A stretch of DNA of 64,000 nt from an uncultured delta proteobacterium (GCA_963755715.1 CAVWLW010000045.1:43425-107424); one strand, 5' to 3'; shown: positions 52,200 to 61,784, numbered from the stretch's first letter. Notes: a model not told the origin generated them from the sequence alone. Numbers and translations are program-made.

Positions 52200-53291
52200 A
52201 TGAAGATTAAACTGATTCGTTCTCAAGTCGTGCGCGTGCCGCTCGAAGAACCGCTTGCCGGCGGGCCGGCGTATTTTCGCTCGCACAATCAGTTTGTCAT
52301 ACTTCGGGTCGAGACGGACGACGGCATCGAAGGGATCGGCGTAAGCTTTTTCGGCGGTGCGCTCAGCGCGACGCTAAAAAAGGCCATTGATCAGCTCGGC
52401 GAATTGATGGTTGGCGAAGATCCGCTGCGCATCGACGCGCTCACACACAAGCTGCGCACGGCGGCGGCAAGCGCGGGTCCGGGCGGGATCCTCACGCTGG
52501 CGATCTCGGCCATCGACATGGCGCTGTGGGACATCAAGGGCAAATACTTCGGCCAATCGCTTGGCGCCATGCTCGGTGGGCTGCGCGAGCGCGTGCCGAC
52601 TTATGCGAGCGGCGCTCTGGTGCGCGCCTATGCACCCGACCATTTAGTGAAAGCCGCGCAGCGGCTCGTCGAAACCGGCTTTAGACAAATGAAAACGCAG
52701 TTGGCGCTTCCCGGCGACACGTCGCCGGAAAAGGAAGTCGAGCGGGCGCGTCTCATGCGCGCGGCGGTCGGGCCGGAGATCGATTTGATGTGCGATATCA
52801 ATCAACGCTGGTCGACGCATCAGGCGATGGATATCGGCAAGCGGGTGGAGGACGTTCATTTTTTCTGGCTCGAAGACGTGACCACGCACGACGACTACAG
52901 CGGCCTAGCCCGGGTTGCCGACGCCTTGGCGACGCCGCTGGCCGGCGGCGAATGTTTGTATGGCATCACGCCGTTTCGTCATATGATCGAAGCTCATTCG
53001 GTGGATATCATCATGATCGATTTGAACCGCGTCGGCGGCATTTCCAACTGGATGAAGGTCGCCGCGCTAGCCGAGGCATTCAATCTGCCGGTGGTGAGCC
53101 ATCTGTTGCCGGAAATTCATGTCCATTTGATATCGGCGATCCCCAACGGATTGACGGTGGAATACATGCCTTGGTCATTCAGGCTTTTCGACGAAGTGCC
53201 GGTTCCGGCGAAGGGCGAGCTGATCGTGCCGACGAAGCCTGGGCTCGGCCTTCAGTTCAGTCGCGACATCGATCGCTATGTAGTCGGGTGA
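52200..53291 (+). CDS. Mandelate racemase/muconate lactonizing enzyme family
   Basis: AIDMALWDIKGK, MCDINQ, WLED, GE, VVSH, PGLGL. Confidence 0.9.
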   Translation: MKIKLIRSQVVRVPLEEPLAGGPAYFRSHNQFVILRVETDDGIEGIGVSFFGGALSATLKKAIDQLGELMVGEDPLRIDALTHKLRTAAASAGPGGILTLAISAIDMALWDIKGKYFGQSLGAMLGGLRERVPTYASGALVRAYAPDHLVKAAQRLVETGFRQMKTQLALPGDTSPEKEVERARLMRAAVGPEIDLMCDINQRWSTHQAMDIGKRVEDVHFFWLEDVTTHDDYSGLARVADALATPLAGGECLYGITPFRHMIEAHSVDIIMIDLNRVGGISNWMKVAALAEAFNLPVVSHLLPEIHVHLISAIPNGLTVEYMPWSFRLFDEVPVPAKGELIVPTKPGLGLQFSRDIDRYVVG

Positions 53292-53323
53292 GAAGAAAAG
53301 CATTAATAACGGGAGGTGTTTTC

Positions 53324-53783
53324 ATGAATCACGATTGGCGCGACCATGGCGTAAAAATTATTCCCAGCACGGGACTCGACCTCAATACGCCGCAGACTCC
53401 CGGCATGACGCGGGCGGCGGCGATCAACCGAGCGATGGCCGGGGCCAACAAACTTTGGGCTGGCGCCGTGAGCATTCATCCCAATGCCAAGACGGCGCCG
53501 CATCATCACGGCGAACTGGAAAGCATCATCTACGTTGTCAGCGGCAAAGCGCGCATGCGCTGGGGCGAGCGACTTGAGTTTTGCGCCGAAGCCGGCCCGG
53601 GAGATTTTATCTTTGTCCCGCCCTTCGTGCCGCATCAGGAGATCAACGCCAATCCCGACGAGCCGCTGATGTGCGTGGTCGTGCGCAGCGACCAGGAGCC
53701 GATCGTCGTCAATCTGGACATAGCAGCGGCTCGAGTCGGCGGAGGAAGTTCCGTGGGTGGACCCGCTCCACAGGAAATCTTGA
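53324..53783 (+). CDS. Cupin domain protein; apparent frameshift ~53735
   Basis: GGAGGT RBS; PHHHGELE, PGDFIFVPPFVPHQEIN; shifted frame ends EEVPWVDPLHRKS*. Confidence 0.85.
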
Positions 53784-53815
53784 ACGCCACCGAGCTAAAA
53801 AATCACCAGGGCACA

Positions 53816-54799
53816 ATGCCTTCAGAGTCTTCGCAAGATGGATCGCGCTGATATGTTTTCTCATTTTAGCGCTTGGCTTTACGTCGACTCACGGCAGCCG
53901 CCGCAGAATCGACCCTGGTTCAAGTCGGTTATGGCGGCATCGCCGGCTATCAGCTTCCTTTATGGGTCAACAAGGACCACGGCATCAGCAAAAAATACGG
54001 CATCGAGCTCGAGCCGCTCTTGATCAGCGGCGGCGCGCTCAACATGCAGGCATTGCTCGCTGGCAGCATTCAAATGAGTCAGAACTCGGCGTCATCGGCG
54101 CTCCAGGCGGCACTGCGCGGCGCACCCGTGGCGCTGATCGCGGTGCTCGAAAATCGCATGCCGCTGCAGATCATCGCCCGCCCGGAAATCAAAACGCCGC
54201 AGCAACTGATCGGCAAGAAGATCGGCATTTTGCGCTTCGGCGGTTCCAACGACACCGGGGTTCAGTGGGCGTTGCGGGCGTGGAAGATCGATCCGCGCCA
54301 GGTTACGATGCTCCAGTCCGGCGCGACCAACGCGCGCATGACCGCCCTGACTTTGGGCCAGATCGACGCGACGATCCTGTCCTATCCCGAAATTTATATT
54401 GCCCGCAAGCGCGGCATGAACGTGCTCGCCGATATCGGCGACTTTAGCGCCTATCCCAACACATCGCTGCTGCTCACCCGATCTTTCATAGAGAAACAAA
54501 GAACTTTGGCGAAAAATTTGCTCCGCTCTCAGATCGAAGCGATTCATTATGTCCGCACCGACCGGGAAGGGAGCATTAAGACTCTCAAAAAATATCTGCG
54601 CGTCGATGACCTCGAGTCCATCGAAGCGACCTACGATTTCTTCTCACGGCGGACCGAAGCGCTGCCGCGGCCGAACTTTGAAGGACTCAAGAACATTTTA
54701 AAGGAGCTGGGCGCGCCGCAGCGAAACCCCAATGACTTTGTCGACATGAGCCTGCTCGATGAAATTGAAAAAGAAGGATTCTTGCAAAAACTTCGCTAG
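53816..54799 (+). CDS. ABC substrate-binding protein, NMT1/SsuA type (5' end frameshifted, start approximate)
   Basis: KKYGIE, LIGKKIGILRFGG, FVDMSLLDEIEKEGF; signal peptide in another frame. Confidence 0.8.
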
Positions 54800-54862
54800 C
54801 CGCCGGGGGCCACTTTGTCGGCGACCTGGTTGATGGAAGCGGGACGACGGCAGCTATTCGGT

Positions 54863-55255
54863 ATGAGACTGCGAAGCGGCATTAAGTTGTTGGACGAACG
54901 GGAAGGGTCAGGAGAGCCCGCTAAGACGGGTGACAGAATCATTTACAATCTTAAGATTTATCTAAACAAAGGCGAGGAAGTTCCAATCAACGAACGCCAG
55001 GCGGAACACTTGCCGGAAAAAATGATCAGGGTTGGGGAAGATGGCCATCGTTGGGTGGATCACTCGATAACTCTTGGCCAGCGGCAAGCGATGGCCGGCG
55101 TCGAGTACTCCTTAGTCGGAATGAAACAAGGCGGTTATCGCAAAGTGCGCGTGAGCCCTCATCTTGCTTATCGCGCGACGGGAATTGACGGTCTCATTCC
55201 GCCCGATGCGGTGCTGATCATCGAGTTGTGGCTGCGTGAATTGATCCGCACCTAA
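54863..55255 (+). CDS. FKBP-type peptidyl-prolyl isomerase
   Basis: GSGEPAKTGD, GVEYSLVGMKQGGYRKVRVSPHLAY, IPPDAVL. Confidence 0.85.
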   Translation: MRLRSGIKLLDEREGSGEPAKTGDRIIYNLKIYLNKGEEVPINERQAEHLPEKMIRVGEDGHRWVDHSITLGQRQAMAGVEYSLVGMKQGGYRKVRVSPHLAYRATGIDGLIPPDAVLIIELWLRELIRT

Positions 55256-55331
55256 TTTTGCTTTGCCCATCGCGCAGACTGGCCTGGAGGCCGGGAATTG
55301 TAATAAAATACGCGCGTTGGGTCCGGCTACT

Positions 55332-56216
55332 ATGTCAATCATGAACCAAATTTTTATAAGTTATGCTTCGAAGGATCGAGAACGGGCGCGGATGATAGCG
55401 GCAGCGTTGGGCGGGCACGGCTGGGACGTTTGGTGGGATCGCGAAATACCGCTCGGAAAAGCCTTCGATGAAGTCATCGAAAAAGCGATCGCTGAAGCGA
55501 AGTGCGTGATTGTGCTGTGGTGGCGGCTTCCGTGGCGTCCGAATGGGTGCGCAACGAAGCTGCAGAAGGCAAGCGTCGCGGTATCCTCGTTCCGGTATTT
55601 ATCGAACAGATCGATGCGCCGTTGGCGTTTAGATCCCTCAATGGCGCCGACTTAAGCGCTTGGAGCGGCCATGGAGGCGACGCCGAGTTCGTAAGGCTCG
55701 TTGAGCGAGTGAGTGAATTGCTCGGGCAAGCAGGCAACGAATCGTTCGCCGGCGGCGCGCAACCGTCGCGGTACAGCAGGCGCCGACCGGCAAAGAGACT
55801 CAGACGAAGTGGGCCGTTCCGACAAAGAGCAACCGGGAGTCGACACCATAAGCATCCATGACTTGGTGGGCACGCTCGGCGGCGCGATCCCGGCGACTTC
55901 TCTCGCAAAAGGATTTCATGTGCCCGATCTTGGCATGCGCATCGCTTTCCTGACACCGGAGCAGAGCGCCTCCACGCTCGGCGCGATGCCGGCCGGGGCC
56001 GTGGTGATGGAAGTCGAAAGCGGACGGCCCATGGCGAAGGCGGGCATCCACGTCGGCGATGTTGTCGTATCGATCGGCGGTAAAAAGATCGGCAGCGAAG
56101 ACGATCTGCGCCAGGCGATTTTTAAAATCGGTCCAGGCAAGACTCAATATTCTTACCGGCGCGGCGGCGATACCAAAACCGTGGCGGTCGACTGCGCAAA
56201 CTGCAAAGTTGAATGA
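55332..56216 (+). CDS. TIR domain + PDZ domain protein; apparent frameshifts (~55520, ~55770)
   Basis: IFISYASKD...VWWDREIP, SVASEWVRNEA, then LGMRI...AKAGIHVGDVVVSIGG. Confidence 0.7.
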
Positions 56217-56244
56217 CGCGGGTTCATTCATTGACAAATCACCG

Positions 56245-56664
56245 ATGAAAAGCGGCAAACAGCGGCGGCTGGAAATCGTCGCAAGGCGAAAAAAACTCGC
56301 GGTCAAGCGCAAGGCGGTGGCCACGGCGGTTGCATTGAAGAATACGCCGTACCGAATGGTGCCGGTCAACGAGGAATTGCTCGCGCCGAACAATAGCTAC
56401 GGCGCTCCCGCTTTCGTCAGACGGGGCTACTACGTCGATATTCCGTTTCGCTGCGCCGATTGCGGCAAGGAAGAAGTGTGGACGGGGAGCCAGCAGAAGT
56501 GGTGGTATGAGATCGCCAAAGGTTTCGTTTATTCCAGCGCAGTCCGTTGCCGGGCGTGCCGTCGAAAAGAACAGGCCCGGCGAGATGAGGCAAAACGAGT
56601 TCATCTGGAAGGTATCGCTCAGAAAAAATCAAGCGCGGATGGCGAAGAGAGCGGAGAGATCATC
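56245..56664 (+). CDS. Zinc-ribbon domain protein (reads in frame into the EamA gene)
   Basis: YYVD..FRCADCG...WT..QQKWWYE...RCRACR. Confidence 0.75.
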
Positions 56665-57099
56665 ATGACTTCGAGCTATGTGTGGTTTCACTGGGCGCTG
56701 CTCTCGGCGGTCTTTGCTTCTTTAACGGCGATCTTTGCAAAGATCGGTCTTGAAGGCGTTGATTCAGACTTCGCTACTTTGATCCGCACGATCATTATTT
56801 TATGCGCCATTGTCTGGTTCGTGTATTACACCGGGAAATGGAGCGATCCATTGGCGCTGCGGCCGAAGACTTGGTTGTTTCTCACCTTATCGGGATTAGC
56901 GACCGGCGCATCGTGGCTCTGCTATTTTCGCGCGTTGAAAATCGGCGACGCGGCCAAAGTGGCTCCGGTGGATAAGCTGAGCGTTGTGCTGGTCGCGCTC
57001 TTTGCCGTGATCTTTCTCGGCGAACGGCCGGCGTTGAAAGATTGGCTGGGCATTTTCTTGGTGGCCAGCGGAGTTGTTTTGCTCGCGCTCAAGAGATAA
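56665..57099 (+). CDS. EamA family transporter (single repeat)
   Basis: WALLSAVFASLTAIFAKIG, SGLATGASWLCYFRAL, VAPVDKLS; GGAGA before ATG. Confidence 0.9.
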   Translation: MTSSYVWFHWALLSAVFASLTAIFAKIGLEGVDSDFATLIRTIIILCAIVWFVYYTGKWSDPLALRPKTWLFLTLSGLATGASWLCYFRALKIGDAAKVAPVDKLSVVLVALFAVIFLGERPALKDWLGIFLVASGVVLLALKR

Positions 57100-57134
57100 T
57101 CCATGCGCCGATACCCGTTGTTATTGGAGGAAGA

Positions 57135-57554
57135 ATGAAGGTGCGATCATTGCCGATACTTCTAGTTTGGTTCGGTCTGACTATTTCGCCCGTGCTTGCC
57201 GCCGACACAGCGGAGAAAGCAGCGGCCGGAGCCGCGCAAGCATGGCTCGGCCAGATCGATGCGGGAAACTATGGCAAGAGCTGGAAGGATGCTGCGAGTT
57301 ATTTTCAAGGGGCAATCACCGAGAAAGGTTGGAACGACGCGCTGACCGGCACGCGCAAGCCTTTGGGGCCATTAGTGTCGAGGAAACTCAGCAACGAGCG
57401 AAACACCAGATCCCTTCCCGGTGCTCCGGACGGCAATTACGTGGTCATGCAGTTCGATACAAGTTTCAGTAATAAGAAGAGCGCCGTCGAAACCGTCACC
57501 TTCGTGCAGGAAAAAGACGGCAAGTGGAAAGCCGCGGGGTATTACATCAAGTAA
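57135..57554 (+). CDS. DUF4019 domain protein
   Basis: GGAGG RBS; WLGQIDAGNY, RKPLG, LPGAPDGNYV, ETVT...WKAAGY. Confidence 0.85.
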   Translation: MKVRSLPILLVWFGLTISPVLAADTAEKAAAGAAQAWLGQIDAGNYGKSWKDAASYFQGAITEKGWNDALTGTRKPLGPLVSRKLSNERNTRSLPGAPDGNYVVMQFDTSFSNKKSAVETVTFVQEKDGKWKAAGYYIK

Positions 57555-57653
57555 CTCGTCCTGATCTCGCCGAAAAGTAAACGTCGAGTTTGCGCCGGCG
57601 CTCGCTCGTGCGCTATGATCCGACCGTGATTGTAAACGAAAGGAGGAATTCTT

Positions 57654-58130
57654 ATGGGACTCTTAGATGGCATCCTCGGCAATGTGGTTGGTTCGATGCT
57701 GGGCGGCAAGCAACAAGCGCAGGACCCGCTCGGCTCAATCCTGAGCGGCCTTGCCGGCGGCAACGCCGGCGCTCGAGGCAGCAATCCGCTGTTGCAAATC
57801 GTCCTGTCCTTACTTCAGCAGAACGGCGGCTTGGAAGAGGTGCTCGGGAAATTTCGCCAAGGCGGTCTCGGGGCGCAGGCGGATTCCTGGGTGAGCACCG
57901 GTCCCAACATGGGGATTTCGCCGACACAGCTCGAGCAGATTTTCGGCTCTTCTACTCTGGACGGGATCGCTTCTCAACTCGGCGTGTCGCAGGAGCAGGC
58001 CGGCTCGACAATGTCGCAGGTCTTGCCGGAATTGATCAATCAACTGACGCCGCAGGGCCAAGTCACTCCTGAAAGCAATGACTCCATCGCCGAAGGTTTG
58101 GAAGCGCTGAGCAGGAGCCTTGGGCGCTAA
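57654..58130 (+). CDS. YidB/DUF937 family protein
   Basis: MGLLD, GGL..F..GGLG..DSWVSTGPN, LPELINQLTPQG. Confidence 0.88.
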   Translation: MGLLDGILGNVVGSMLGGKQQAQDPLGSILSGLAGGNAGARGSNPLLQIVLSLLQQNGGLEEVLGKFRQGGLGAQADSWVSTGPNMGISPTQLEQIFGSSTLDGIASQLGVSQEQAGSTMSQVLPELINQLTPQGQVTPESNDSIAEGLEALSRSLGR

Positions 58131-58565
58131 GGAAGCTGAAAGTTCGGCCGAAATAACCGCGTTCCGGCAAGCGCGGTACCAGTGAATATCCGGCGCGCGG
58201 CTTGCGTCGACTTATCGCACGGTTCTGTCCGGCAAGTCTTATCACCTGCACGACGCACTATCTGCCGGACATCTTTGTGTCTGCTTTCTAATCCGCGTTT
58301 CGACCTTCGTGAGTTTTTATCGTCGGAACGGCTCCCGCAAGTATCCTCGGTGAGCGAATGTTCTCTGTCGTGCTTATGGGAGTTCCACCGAGCACCGAGA
58401 GAGTCGGCCTCACGTCGTCGAGAGATTCTAATGCCGAGTCGAACTCGAGAGAGCCTTCTTCATGTTAGAAACCTGCTGTGCTAAATATGCCTGCAGTGTA
58501 GGGCAAGGACGCAAACAAAAACAGCGAAACGTTGGCCGGTTTCGCTGTGTCAATCGATGATCGTC

Positions 58566-59198
58566 ATGAAACATGTCGGAAATTCCAACCGCTGTCCTTG
58601 GGTTGATCTAAGCAAGCCGGATTACGTCGAGTACCATGACAAAGAGTGGGGCGTGCCCGTCCATGACGACAAGCTGATCTTCGAGTTTCTAACATTGGAA
58701 GGAGCCCAAGCGGGTCTAAGTTGGTACACCGTATTACGTAAACGCGAAGCCTATCGTAAAGCATTCGCTGATTTTGATCCCAAAAAAATTGCGCGCTACG
58801 GCAAGCGACAAATCGAGGCTCTGCTCAAGAACGAGGGGATCATTCGCAACCGCGCAAAGATCCTGGCGACAATAAACAACGCCGGGAAATTTCTCGACGT
58901 GCAGAAAGAGTTCGGCAGTTTTGACGCTTATATCTGGCGCTTCGTCGACGGCCGCCCGATCGTGCACCTTCTGCGAAAGTTGAAAGACTTTGTGGCCACC
59001 AGCCCCGAGTCGGATGCCATGAGCAAGGATCTAAAACAGCGCGGGTTTAAGTTCGTCGGCTCGACCATCTGCTATGCGCATATGCAGGCGACGGGCATGG
59101 TGAACGATCACGTGATCCACTGCTTTCGTCGCCAACCGTTGATCGACGCGCATCGCGGCGCAAATCTAACAGGTCGAGCTACGAAAGGCAGTCGATGA
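58566..59198 (+). CDS. tag: DNA-3-methyladenine glycosylase I
   Basis: RCPW, YHDKEWG, LEGAQAGLSW, IIRNRAKI, GFKFVGSTICY, NDH..CF. Confidence 0.95.
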   Translation: MKHVGNSNRCPWVDLSKPDYVEYHDKEWGVPVHDDKLIFEFLTLEGAQAGLSWYTVLRKREAYRKAFADFDPKKIARYGKRQIEALLKNEGIIRNRAKILATINNAGKFLDVQKEFGSFDAYIWRFVDGRPIVHLLRKLKDFVATSPESDAMSKDLKQRGFKFVGSTICYAHMQATGMVNDHVIHCFRRQPLIDAHRGANLTGRATKGSR

Positions 59199-59199
59199 T

Positions 59200-59787
59200 A
59201 TGAAATTCTTGCCGAACCTTTTTGAAAACAACCGTGCCTGGGCGGAAAAAATCAAGCTCGAAGACCCGCAGTATTTCCAGCGTCTGAGCCAGACGCAAAC
59301 GCCGGAATATCTTTGGATCGGCTGCGCCGATAGCCGCGTGCCGGCCAACGAGATTGTCGGCCTTGGACCGGGAGAGCTCTTCGTGCATCGCAACATCGCC
59401 AATCTTGTGCCGCCGTTCGACGCCAACGTTCACTCCGTGTTGCAGTACGCGGTAGAGGCTTTGAAGGTCAAGCATGTCATCGTTTGCGGTCATTACGGCT
59501 GCGGCGGCGTGCTGGCCGCGCTGCGCGACTGGTCCGGCCTGCCCTTGGAGAATTGGCTGGCCCACGTGCGCGCGGTGTATCGTGCTCACAAAGACGAGTT
59601 GGACGCCGCGCCGAGCGAAGAAGCGCGCTGGCGCCGGCTCTGCGAGCTCAACGTAATGGCGCAAGTCCACGCGGTGCGCGAAGCCGATATCGTCAGAGAA
59701 GCGTGGCGCAAAGACCAGCCGGTGATGGTGCACGGCTGGATCTATGACCTGAAAGAAGGGCTGTTGCGCGACCTCGATTTGAATTGA
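59200..59787 (+). CDS. can: Beta-class carbonic anhydrase
   Basis: WIGCADSRVP, FVHRNIAN, VCGHYGCGGV. Confidence 0.95.
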   Translation: MKFLPNLFENNRAWAEKIKLEDPQYFQRLSQTQTPEYLWIGCADSRVPANEIVGLGPGELFVHRNIANLVPPFDANVHSVLQYAVEALKVKHVIVCGHYGCGGVLAALRDWSGLPLENWLAHVRAVYRAHKDELDAAPSEEARWRRLCELNVMAQVHAVREADIVREAWRKDQPVMVHGWIYDLKEGLLRDLDLN

Positions 59788-59832
59788 ATCTCTCCGGGTG
59801 CGAGGATCAGGAATCAATTTTCTCCTCGCTCC

Positions 59833-59862
59833 GTCATTCCCACATGCTTTAGCGGGAATCCA
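59833..59862. repeat. REP-like hairpin (GTCATTCCC...GCGGGAATCCA type)
   Basis: GTCATTCCCACATGCTTTAGCGGGAATCCA downstream of can. Confidence 0.55.
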
Positions 59863-60325
59863 TCTTCGATTTGTTCATTCTCGCACGGTCCCTCGGTGCC
59901 AGCTTTGCGCGCGCGCCTGAAGGACTGTCATTCGTCTTCTGCTGGCCCAATGATACGCCGGTCTTGAATACTGAAAATATTTTCAGTATATCGATTTTAG
60001 CTAACCAGCCCGGGAGTTCGCCTCGTCGGACGTTGGTGGGCTGCTTAGGAATTTTAATCGCTGAGCTGGTTCGAACGATTTGAACGGCTTGAACGTTTTG
60101 GAGCGCTTCAATGCAGTGTGAGCGGAAGCCTATCGATGATTTTTGTGACCTTCCTTCTCCTCAGCGCAAAGTTTTTCTCACATCATTTCGCCAATGCCGT
60201 GATCGTTCGCAGAAGTCGGACGACACTAATGAAGATTTCCGGCTCGAAGGCGTCAGTGCCCTGCCAGCATTCATAGATTCGCGGAGGAAGGAATGCGACG
60301 ACAACCGCACCACAAGGAGAATGTT

Positions 60326-61299
60326 ATGAATTACGTCAACACGCACAAGCCTACCAATCGTACGTTTGCTGTAATCGACGGCGGATTGAATCTCAAAGCT
60401 AGCGTCGAGCCGCTTATAACAACTCAGAAACCGAGATTGCTCGACCAAGTCAGGCAGGCGATTCGCACGCGGCACTATAGCTACAGGACCGAGAAAGCCT
60501 ATGTGCATTGGATCAAGCGATACATATTTTTCCATGACAAACGCCATCCGGCTGAAATGGCCGAATTTGAAATTGGGCGATTTCTTTCAAGTCTTGCGAC
60601 GGAGGGGCACGTCAGTGCCTCCACGCAAAATCAAGCATTCAATGCGCTTTTGTTTCTGTACCATGAAGTCTTGGACAAGAAGATCGGGCTCATCGACGGT
60701 GTCGTGCGCGCGAAGAGGCCTGAGCGACTGCCAGTCGTGCTCACGAAAGACGAAGTCAAGAAAGTGATCGATCACATAACCGGCGTCCCGCGTTTGATGG
60801 CGATTCTGCTCTATGGTGCCGGCTTACGATTGATGGAATGTTGCCGGCTTCGAGTCAAGGACATCGATTTTTCTCGCAACGAGATTGTTGTTCGATCGGG
60901 AAAAGGGAACAAAGATCGCTACACGATGCTACCCAGCGCGGTTCGAGATTCGTTGGTCCAACATCTTCGAGACGTTCGTGCACAACACGAAGCGGATCTA
61001 AAACGGGGCTTGGCCGGGTTTCATTGCCGGATGCTCTGGACCGAAAATATTCCAGCGCCGGTAAAGAATGGGGCTGGCAATGGGTTTTTCCGGCCACCAG
61101 TCATTTCACCGATCGGGTCACGGGCGAACAGCGCCGGCATCATCTCCACGAATCCGTGTTGCAACGCGCATTTAAAGAAGCGCGGCTCAAAACCGGAGTT
61201 TTCAAACCGGCAGGGTGCCATACATTGCGTCATTCATTTGCGACGCACTTGCTGGAGGACGGTTACGATATTCGAACCGTCCAAGAATTGTTGGGGCAT
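60326..61299 (+). CDS. intI: Integron integrase, 5' segment (ends at LLGH; also a 1-nt apparent frameshift ~61005)
   Basis: AAGGAG RBS; LLDQVR...[29 protein letters not shown], IntI-specific patch ALDRKY...WQWVFPA...[27 protein letters not shown]. Confidence 0.95.
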
Positions 61300-61582
61300 T
61301 CACCCCGTGAGATAGGTTTATGCAACAACACTACTATGTCTATGTCTTAAGATCTTTCAAGGACAAACAGTTCTATGTTGGATTCACCAAGAATCTGCCA
61401 GCAAGAGTTGAGGCTCACAACAAGGGCTTGGTTCCGTCCACGAGAAACCGATTGCCCTTGCAACTTGTCTACTGGGAGGGCTGCCTCAACCAGACAGACG
61501 CAACGCATCGAGAAAAATACTTGAAGACCGCTTGGGGAAAGCGATACGTGAAAACGAGGCTCAGAAATTATCTCACGGGGTA
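61300..61582. mobile_element. 283-bp inverted-repeat-bounded insertion carrying a GIY-YIG gene, inside intI (boundaries may slide by up to 3 nt)
   Basis: ACCCCGTGAGATA (61302-61314) and TATCTCACGGGGT (61569-61581) form a perfect 13-bp IR; removal rejoins LLGH to xDVSTTMIYTH. Confidence 0.9.
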
Positions 61583-61583
61583 A
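61320..61583 (+). CDS. Stand-alone GIY-YIG nuclease (87 aa)
   Basis: YYVYVL...FYVGFT...RVEAHN...ST..R.P..LVY.E...A..RE.YLK. Confidence 0.92.
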   Translation: MQQHYYVYVLRSFKDKQFYVGFTKNLPARVEAHNKGLVPSTRNRLPLQLVYWEGCLNQTDATHREKYLKTAWGKRYVKTRLRNYLTG

Positions 61584-61687
61584 ACGACGTAAGCACGACA
61601 ATGATTTACACGCATGTATTAAATCGAGGCGGCAAGGGCGTTCACAGTCCGGCGGATAGGTTAGGGTTTGATTCCGCGCGACCGTAA
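61583..61687 (+). CDS. intI: Integron integrase, 3' segment containing the catalytic Tyr
   Basis: Translated by hand: [34 protein letters not shown]; Tyr codon TAC at 61607-61609. Confidence 0.93.
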   Translation, partial: NDVSTTMIYTHVLNRGGKGVHSPADRLGFDSARP

Positions 61688-61784
61688 CCGACAAAGGCTG
61701 ACATATGCGCAGTGTTCGCCGGAATACTTTTTCGTTGTTAAGCGTTGAAAACAATTATAGGATTGCTCAAATTCATGAATTTGT

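Noticed and set aside
61300-61582. Insert in intI as an intein, a group I/II intron or an integron cassette
   Set aside because: It is not in frame (283 nt) and has no intein termini. Only about 20 nt are non-coding, too little for a ribozyme. It has no RYYYAAC...GTTRRRY attC structure.
61300-61582. Insert as a sequencing artefact like the other indels
   Set aside because: A complete GIY-YIG ORF with a perfect terminal inverted repeat and frame-exact flanks is not what base-calling error produces.
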